Assembly: GCF_001194135.2 (NCBI RefSeq)
Contig: NC_068990.1
Location: 49,986,499 to 50,028,983, forward strand
Source of the DNA: Octopus bimaculoides
Lineage: Eukaryota
Direction of reading: 5' to 3'
Length of the DNA: 42,485 bases
How positions within the stretch are numbered: position 1 is the stretch's first letter; each line of letters opens with the position of its first letter. This document shows positions 33,901 through 42,485 of the stretch, one piece after another. Below the pieces are notes generated by a model. The model did not search any database, had not been told where the DNA came from, and was given only the letters and a program-made list of their open reading frames with translations. The translations under genes and the position numbers were made by a program.

Positions 33901-36724
33901 TCTGCATTATGCTACTTTCTTGTCACAAAAGTAAATCATTTTTGAATCAAATTGTAACATGATGAGAAATGGATCCAATACAATAACCGTAAACATTCAG
34001 CATAATACATTTTACATGTAAAGATTCATGTCATCCACAAGTTTCTTCATTCTGCAGATACTGTTAAAAACGTGAGGCATGATGTATGTATATTTCCTTT
34101 TAAGTAACTTTTATATCCTTGTAAATTGGATAAATAATTTAACAAAGTATTTACACGAATGCACAAGACTTAATACAAGGTTACACAGCTCACAGTGAAC
34201 TGCTTACCAATCAACTGATAACTTGACAGTTCTTTATAGCAAATGTGACAGTCCACTTTTAATCATAAGTGGGTGGTTGGAATCCTTCCACAACAGCAAG
34301 GAATGAGGCAGGGATGGATCATGAGTAAACCTATAAACTGTAAACCATCATTGTCGCCATCGTCAACAACAACAATGAATTTCAATGTTTTATTTATTTA
34401 TTTTTTCTAATATTAGGAGTGAAATTACCTAGAATCTTATATACATTCACATCATCATTGTATGTCCGTTTTCCATGCTGGTATGGCTTGACAGAATCTG
34501 TTGAGACCAAGGGACACACCAGGTTTCTTTATAAATACATATATATTCATGTGTATATAAAGAGAGACAGCTATGTTTCGCTGTCTGTCTGCCTGCCTAT
34601 TGCATGGTATCCTCAGATGAAGATGATTTTCAAATAATTTATTTAGAGAAATGAAATAAAAAAAACAATGAATTTTTTCAATTTATTAATTGAATTTATA
34701 TATGTAATATAAGAAAATAAGGTTTGCGTTTTATTTTTTTCCCTCAGAAATCAGTGAAAAAAAAGTAGCTATCAATATTCCACTCTTAAATACAATGATA
34801 TAATGTGTGATAAAGGTAAAAAAAATAAACTAGAAGAAGAAAGAGAAAAGCGATAAAAATAGTGATGATCATTAAAACAGTTAATTCCCCAGTAAACCTA
34901 TTTCAAATTGAATGCAGTTTATTCTACCACTTGAAACAACATATTTTGAAGTGGATAAACTATTTTATGAAAACCTTCAGCCAGTAAGACAGTCAATTAA
35001 TTATTACCATCACCATCAGCATTCCAGTTGTCTCATTTCTATTGCATGTTTTTACTTCACAACTAAGACTGCTTCCTAGCTCTATTATAAAAACTTTGTT
35101 TTAAGTGACCTAAATTAAAACCTTCTATCAAAATATCAGCTAAACAATAAGTTATTTTACTAAACTCATCATGTTTTCAAAATTTACTGAAACAAAAGCA
35201 ATATGTATCAATAGAAATATGATAACAAAAAGGTTAATCTTTTATTAGTTTTAGTCATTGGACAGCAATCATGCTGGAACAATGCCTTCAAGAGATTTTT
35301 TTGTCAATCATAGAACCTGTCAGTATTTATTCAGAATTACTGCCCTTCTAGACAGATTGTAGGTCCACACCTTGCTCATATTTTCCATTTTTGGCATCAT
35401 TTATAAGGCTGGATGACCTTCTTAACACCTAGTGTCCTAGTGTACAGAGTTTTGCTGGGTGCATTTCATCATAGCATCAATACCGGTGAATTTGTCATGT
35501 CTAATGGGCTCTCTCAATTTTTGAGTTGTCTCCATTCATTCACCAACCACTTTATAAAAGTGTACTGAATGCATTTTATCATGATGTCAGTACTATTGAG
35601 ATTGCCTTGTGCCCCCTCAAGACGACTGTGTTCTCACTACTTTATGGTGTCTTCATTTGTTTAAGGATCATACAAATGAGATTGATAGCAGAAGAACCAA
35701 GATGAGTGGATGGTGAGACGGAGAATATGATGAGAGAAACAGAGTTGGTGTGAGAAGTCAGTGATAAACTTGTAACAGGTGGATGTAAGAGTAAGTGATG
35801 GAACTCAGTAACAAATAGTTAGAGGAAGAGAGTTAGTTGGCAGCACAGAAATGGTGATGACAGAATGTATCATATACAAACAGATCTTATGATATCCTTT
35901 ATATGTAGGCATCTTGATGGGAAGAGGAGTGATAAGGGTAGTGGCAGAATATACAAGGGTCCAATGCCATCTATCCTCTGTACATTACTACACTGGTAGC
36001 ATGGTACAAAAGATAGGAGGGGAGATCCATTACCATTGTTTGTTACAGATAGCATGGCATAGAAAATAAGAGAGAGTGAGCAAAGAATATAAGTGATGAA
36101 GAGATGACTGATAAGATAAATATCTAATATAAGTACGTTTATACCTTCCAGCCTGTATCCCTACCACCTTTTGAATGTTCATTTGACCATGCTAACATTG
36201 AAATCGCAAAGTTGTGCAATAATAACATGCTTGAGTTAAAACAATGTGAATATATAAGCATTACACTTGACAGAATAATATGAATGCTAAAGGATTAATC
36301 AACATTATCTTCAAATTTATTTGCATAAAAAATTCATGTTTTACTCTACTCCTGACTTGTTAAAAACTTCATATTTTGACCACTTTGAAGGAATTGATAC
36401 AATAATAAATTTCTAAAATGCTCAACTCGATGCACTAAAAAATGTTGAAATATATGTAAGAGATTCTGCAACTAATTTTGTCTTTTTTCATATACAAAAA
36501 TATTTTTCCACATAAGTCCTGGCCATTTTCACCAAAAAAATGTTGAAATAACCAAACCAGTCTTGTTAGCCTTTTCAATTTCTGGCCATTCAGCACATTA
36601 ATTTCAAGAATCCAGAATTCTATGTTATCATAAAAAATAAACTTGTTTCTTAGTAGCAAAAATACCAACTTTCTAATGATTATTTTGATCAATATAATTT
36701 CGGAACAGAAAGATACTGCTTTAA

Positions 36725-37319
36725 CCCTTTAATATTTAAACAGACCATATCTGGTTCAAATATTTAACCTGTTTTACATTAAAACAAGCCAGATCTGGCA
36801 ACCTATGCCTATCCAACATTTTCATTTTAAAAATAAACAATCAGGAGTGGCTGTGTGGTAAGTAGCTTGCTTACCAACCACATGGTTCCGGGTTCAGTCC
36901 CACTGCATGGCACCTTGGGCAAGTGTCTTCTACTATAGCCTCGAGCCAACCAAAGCCTTGTGAGTGGATTTGGTAGATGGAAACTGAAAGAAGCCCATCG
37001 TATATATATGTATATATATATATGTATGTATTTGCCCCCCCCCCCACCATCACTTGACAACCGATGCTGGTGTGTTTACGTCCCCATAACTTAGCGGTTC
37101 GGCAAAAAGAGACCAATAGAATAAGTACTAAGCTTACAAAGAATAAGTCCTGGGGTCGATTTTCTCGACTAAAGGCGGTGCTCCAGCATGGCCGCAAATG
37201 ACAAACAAGTAAAAGAGTAATCACATCAGCAAAGCTCTAAGCTACAGAGATAATGCATAATTAATTCAAAACAATGTGAATAAATAAGCATTTGATAGAA
37301 TAATTTGAATGCTAAAGGG
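36725..37319. mobile_element. piggyBac-type (TTAA) MITE with nested SINE
   Basis: Left end TTAA|CCCTTTAATATT and right end GAATGCTAAAGGG|TTTAA. A second copy of the right end lies at ~36215-36297, and TTAACCCTTTCATTACC left ends at ~39962 and ~42319. Confidence 0.6.
36842..37215 (+). mobile_element. SINE family B, full length
   Basis: tRNA-like head (caggagtggctgtgtggtaag...gggttcagtccc), body and tail are shared with 17704-18100. Confidence 0.88.
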
Positions 37320-37379
37320 TTTAAAGTTTATAGAAAAAATTTTGTAGCAAACTGACTGGAGAAATGAGTTTTGATTTTC

Positions 37380-37454
37380 AAACAAAAACATAAAAAAGCA
37401 TGACAAAAAACAAAACAAAAAAACGACAACATATCTGAAGAAAACAAATTTATT
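37380..37454 (-). terminator. Candidate distal polyadenylation signal of SMNDC1
   Basis: On the minus strand, AATAAA (37449-37454) is followed by ...cttCA about 13 nt later and then a GU/U-rich tract (tgttgtcgtttttttgttttgtttttt). It lies at the end of a stretch below the stop codon with no recognisable repeats. Confidence 0.45.
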
Positions 37455-39643
37455 CACTTCTGTTGACTATTTGTTTATATACAACAGCTCCTTTAAATAG
37501 AAAATGAAGGCCAAACATGTTATTTCAGTCTGTCACACAAGTGAGCTGCCAAAACACAGTATAGCTTCTACAAGTGCAACAAGACTATGCTTTATACATG
37601 AACAACATACAATGGAGTAAACAAGCTTGCTCTTTGAATTTAAGATGACAAATGAATTTTCTTAAATCCAGCAGAATTTAATATCTGGGATATAACCAAA
37701 ATAAATTAAAAGGTAAAAAACAAAGTAATGCAGAAAGGTTTTGGAGTTCTTTAATTGAAGAAGGAAAAAAAAAAAAATTTGGTGAGATTACTTTGTAAAA
37801 GTTTAAGAATTTTACAACAGAAAGTAGGGGAGAAGAGAATCAAGCCAAAGTTTAAATTATGAATATGTTATATGCATTGCAATGCAGTGGCAATTTATAG
37901 AATCCTGACTAATTGTTTTTTGATGCTAAATTCATGTATACTGGAATAGATGTCACTATCTAGCGGCAAGAGATCAATGGCTAGGTAATTAGCTTCAAAG
38001 TGCAAGCAGTGCTAATTCTTAAGTCCTCATAAGAGAGCTAGTATCTATCCCAACATAATTTCAACCAATTTCTATTTTGATAAAGATATCAGTAAGAAAG
38101 GTGTTGTGCTCAATTTCAACTTACTAATATCTAATTTTTATTTACTTTTTACGGTAGCATTTTTCTTCATTTGAATTACAGAAATAGTAAACACCCATTA
38201 GAAATTAAAAACGTAAGTACAAATAAGAATGTTGATTTTATCAGTCATTTTGAAAATATAAGGACTTTCAAAAACAAAATAAATACTGAAATGAAAATTG
38301 AAGTGTTAAAGAAAGAGAAAAGTGATATCATGAACTTGGAACTGACATAATTACCCCGTATCACAGACAACAGGTGCCTATATTCACTAGTATTATGATT
38401 GTCAAAATCAAAAACCAACAAGAGATTCTGACAAAACTACTGACTTTCCCACACTATCACCAATTCCAAATCAAAATTGGCTGTTCCTATTCTACTAGAA
38501 GAGCATATCAAAATCTGAGTTACACCAAACATATTCCTAGATACACACAGGTTGTGGACTATGTACAGATGAAAACTAATTCTTACAAAATATATCCAAC
38601 AAATGTTTTTATTAGAAACCTATTATAATGGCATAATTGCAAATTGTTTATGCTCAAGAATAAAATATAGTACAGTTGCTCCTTCTTCAAGTAAGAACTG
38701 CATGTGTGTAGATTTGGACAAAACAACAAAAAGCTAGCAAAACAACTACTTAATTTAGATTAGATATAAATGCAAAAACTAGTAATACACCATCTAAAAA
38801 TTCTGAAGATCCAAATGTCTCTTCAGACACAAAAACAACTCGTATAGACATGGACAGTTTGTGGGTGAGGAAGGGTTTATAGATAGGAGAGCACCATATT
38901 AAAAATTTCTTAAGAATATAGTTTTGCACAACAAATTATCTAAAAGGAAAGTGTAAGCTGAAATATACCAGCTATGTGATATATTCCATGCAAATATTAA
39001 ACATTAAGTCATTCATTACTGTATGCAAGACTTGTACATAAAAAAACCTAACAATAGCTTAATATCATGAAGTATTATAAAATATCACCATTCAAGGTTT
39101 GTAAACACAGCCACACACATAATTAAACCTGTACATAAAAGTTATTTGGCAACATCTAAGAAGTTGCACTATTTAAAATTTTCATGTTGTGCAAGTAAAT
39201 GGAAGTAAGCTTTCTTTTAACATTCCATTTTCTTTAAACAAAAGTCCTGATCAACAGAGGAAGAACTTTGAGGAATTAAAAGAAATTAAATTTTCGACCA
39301 ACAAAGATACTTAACACAGCAATAGAATATTATCAGCACCATTGAAAAAAATCTGTTACGATAATAGTTCCTAAATCATTTGGTTTACTGATTTTAAAAA
39401 AATAAATATGTTACCTAATTAAAAAAAAAAAATGTTTAATTAAAAAAGTAAGCAATGAGATAAATGTAAAAAATTGTATAGATGAATAATTTCAAGAGCA
39501 AGTTTAATGATAAAGTTGAAAGTTAAGAGTTATGTGTCAAAGAAAGAAAGAAAAAAAAAACTGATGGAGCTCAACAATAATCTATATACAAATCTGAGAG
39601 GCCATAGAAAAAAAAAATATTTGGGATGGGAATGAAAGCAGTT

Positions 39644-39790
39644 TCACTTTTTCCACTTTTCTTGGGGATGGTACTCTGTCATAGGTTTCCCACCAGTTCC
39701 ACATGTACCAATTCCAACTCTTCCATTGATATTATCTGGAGAAGCAAATATAGACCTCTTCACTTTCCCCTTGTTTGTCTTGGAAAATGT
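39644..39790 (-). CDS. SMNDC1: SMNDC1/SPF30, terminal coding exon
   Basis: Acceptor attttcag|; phase 0, joins in frame to the previous exon. Translates TFSKTNKGKVKRSIFASPDNINGRVGIGTCGTGGKPMTEYHPQEKWKK*, containing the SPF30 hallmark KRSIFASP..V.G.VG.GTCG...KPMT. Confidence 0.95.
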   Translation of the reverse strand, partial: TFSKTNKGKVKRSIFASPDNINGRVGIGTCGTGGKPMTEYHPQEKWKK

Positions 39791-40829
39791 CTGAAAATAA
39801 TTTCAAAATATGTTTTCAGATTTTCTGCTACATTCTAAGTTTTTCATACATTTATAATCAGAACATGACAAAGAAAAATAAACATGCTATATAAATACAT
39901 AAAATTTTTTGTTTTCAATTTTAGATTCTCTTAGATTTGGAGCAACAAATTGGTAGATTCTTTAACCCTTTCATTACCATATTTCTAATGATATTATTAT
40001 GAATTTAAGTCTTACCTAGGTTAAATTTGCCTTTTATCCTTTTGGGGTTGACAATAAAATACCACTTATGTACTGTAGGATCAATGAAATCAACTCCTCT
40101 CCCAAGTTTCAGGCCTTGTATCTTTATTAGAAACCATTATTATTATTATCAGCAGCAGTAGTAGCATTACCATTTTTAGATTTGCTTGTAAGACTTTCTG
40201 GACAATAAATTCTCTTATTATTTCCATGTAATTCTTTAATTGCAGATAAAGTTTATTGAATAAATCAAAGACAAAGGCAGTGCAAATAAGAAGTGTCACC
40301 AGTCAAAGCTAATCTGCAGGTATGCATATCTCTTGCACAAATGAATTATTCAAGATGATTGAAAAAGTGTCATCAATAGAGCTACAACAAAGATTTTAAT
40401 AAGTGACTATATTGGCTCTAAAATCAGTTAAGGCTTAAGTGCATCAAAATTATATTGTTCCAATCTAGTCACTAATGACATGCAAGAAAATTAAAAATAA
40501 CATAAACAATATAGAGTAGGGGTTCCCAAGCTGATCAATTTTGTTATTTAAAAAATCTGAAGTAAACTAGTGAAAATAATAGTTTTCTTTGCTGATAATG
40601 GAGGAGTCTCATTCAGAAAACTTAGGTTCTGGAATCTGCTCATGGGTTCATAAGTGAAATAACAATATGCGCTATCTTCATGTTGTTTCACCTTAGTATT
40701 ACAATACAAACAACATAGTACTATGAATAAAATAGCTAAAAATTGAGTATTTTTGTTGGAAAAAAAATTTTTTTTGCAGTAATCGCAGTCAGTAAAAAGT
40801 GAAATGTACATAAAAAAATTATATCTTAC

Positions 40830-40956
40830 CTTTGCATTAAAATCAAGCCATTTATTTTTCTCGGTTTCCCTCTCCTCTTCTAATTGTTTCATGCGCTGGG
40901 CTTTCTTTTGTGCCTTTTTCCGCTTTTTCTCACGTTCTTCAGCAATCAGATCTTTC
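40830..40956 (-). CDS. SMNDC1: SMNDC1/SPF30 (survival motor neuron domain-containing 1), penultimate coding exon
   Basis: Acceptor ccaaatag|G and donor AAG|gtaaga; 127 bp. Translates KDLIAEEREKKRKKAQKKAQRMKQLEEERETEKNKWLDFNAK, matching the SPF30 coiled-coil (KEMIAQQREYKKKKALKKAQRIKELEQERE..K.KW..FN). Confidence 0.93.
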
Positions 40957-41312
40957 CTATTTGGAAAATAATTTAATCAGTACAGAATAATCTTTATATT
41001 CAAAATTAGAATATAAAAAAAATCAATATATAAACCTGATTTTTTTCCCCCAACTTCCTTAAATCAAGCTTCAAACTACAGCAAATGCTACATTTGATCC
41101 CATATTCTTCTCCCACTTTTTTTTTAACAAAGTGATAGAATAAAGTAAAACATTTAAGAAATTCTAAATATAAATTTTGAAAGCACATTCCCAATTTTTA
41201 TATCACATTTTACATTTTTTAAAACTGAAATTGAAATGAAAACCTATATTATGTTAAAATTTGTAAGAGTTGAAAATACATAATAGTATAGATTTTAGTT
41301 GCATAAAAAACA

Positions 41313-42318
41313 TATTGAGTTGGCAAGAAAGTAATTTCGTTTTTTTAGTGTGAAATAAAAGTAATTTTTTTCTCATACAAAGAATCATATATTTTCCATT
41401 TTGTTCAATGACCTTTTGCCATCTTTCTGGCAATTTCATGGTTCTGCGCTTATAGAACTTCTGGTCCTTATCAGCCAAACACTGAAGTGCGATTTCAGCT
41501 CATCACCATTATTGAAAGAATTTTGCAAACTTTGAAATAAATGGTAATCTGATGGTGCAAGATTAAGGTTATATGGTAGATGTGACATCACTTCCCATCT
41601 AAGCTCCAATAATTTTTCACAAGTTAGCAAAGACGTGTGTGGTCCAGCATTGTCATGGTGGAACACGATTCCTTTACGATTTGCCAATTCTGGCCATTTN
41701 NNNNNNNNNTTTCACAAGTTAGCAAAGACGTGTGTGGTCCAGCATTGTCATGGTGGAACACGATTCCTTTACGATTTGCCAATTCTGGCCATTTTTCTTT
41801 GTTTCCTTCAGTAAACATCTAAATTGATTGTTTGATTCCTTGGAAGCAGCTCAAAATAAACAACACCTTTGTAATCCCACCAAATTGACAGCACAACCTT
41901 TTTTTGATGCAATTCAGCTTGGACTATGATCATTTTCAATTGATGTTATTGTAGACAATCTATTTTTCATCACCAGTGATGATTCCTTTAAAAAAAAAGG
42001 GCAATTTCATTGCATTTGAGATGCATATCGCAAATATTGATTCATTGGGTTAAGTGAATCTCTTCCAATTTATGTGGAACCCAAATATCAAGCTTCTTAA
42101 TAAGCTCAAGACATTTTAAGTGATTTTCAATTGTTTTGTGTGATACATTTAACCCCTCTGCAATCTCTTGCACAGTTATATGACAATCAGATTCAATTAT
42201 GGCTTTGATTTGGTCATCATCAACTTCAGTAGGTCAACCAGAACAGAACATTGGTCAACTTTGAGTGAAAAATCTCCAGAATGGAATTTTTAAAACCATT
42301 TCTCATATGTGCATTCTG
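41313..42318 (-). mobile_element. Mariner relic in an SMNDC1 intron
   Basis: WF.KFHSGDFSL, WVPHKL, FHHDNAGPH, HLPYNLNLAPSDYHLFQSLQN and LPERWQKVIEQNGKY motifs. A TIR-like end TATTGAGTTGGCAAGAAAG lies at 41313. Confidence 0.9.
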
Positions 42319-42485
42319 TTAACCCTTTCATTACCATATTTCTAACCAAAATACACCCCTTATGTGTTTCAATTAATTTCTAACATCAACATCATCATCA
42401 TCATCGTTTAACGTCCGCTTTCCATGCTAGCATGGGTTGGACGACTTGACTGAGGACTGGTGAAACGGGATGGCAACACCAGGCT

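Noticed and set aside
28037-33931. 12-bp direct repeat TTGTCACAAAAG (28037-28048 and 33920-33931) as a TSD, implying a 720-bp 3' transduction by the Tx1-like LINE
   Set aside because: There is no poly(A) or simple-repeat tail next to the left copy, and the left copy coincides with an LTR-like terminus. A chance match in AT-rich DNA is plausible. It would need an empty orthologous site to be accepted.
41615-41794. 85-bp exact direct repeat in the mariner relic
   Set aside because: It flanks a 10-N gap and is an assembly overlap artefact.

Overview
This is eukaryotic, AT-rich, repeat-dominated DNA. The SINE/RTE repeat vocabulary, the (TA)n/(CA)n microsatellites and the N-gaps point to a coleoid cephalopod draft assembly, most likely Octopus (inference). 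Two host genes can be supported, both on the minus strand and both partial. The first is coding exon 1 of MTHFS (5-formyltetrahydrofolate cyclo-ligase, 9492-9602), whose intron 1 runs off the left end of the window. The second is the last two coding exons of SMNDC1/SPF30 (40830-40956 and 39644-39790), with a probable ~2.2 kb 3' UTR. Most of the rest is decayed transposable elements: Helitrons, RTE and Penelope-like retroelements, several Gypsy LTR relics, a near-full-length Tx1/L1-clade LINE, mariner, Tc1 and MULE relics, MITEs and tRNA-derived SINEs. One Gypsy relic is a complete, internally deleted element with two LTRs, a tRNA-Trp PBS, a PPT and a GACT target-site duplication. The most striking unexplained structure is a perfect 422-bp palindrome (two 209-bp arms, 4-nt loop) about 90 bp upstream of the MTHFS start codon. 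Other notable signals are a degenerate hammerhead-ribozyme-like fold next to a Penelope relic, a microhomology-flanked templated insertion inside a mariner, a SINE trimer separated by a conserved 20-bp spacer, and mosaic divergence between paired LTRs. No prokaryote-type system or CRISPR array is present. All identifications come from motif recognition by eye; no searches were run.
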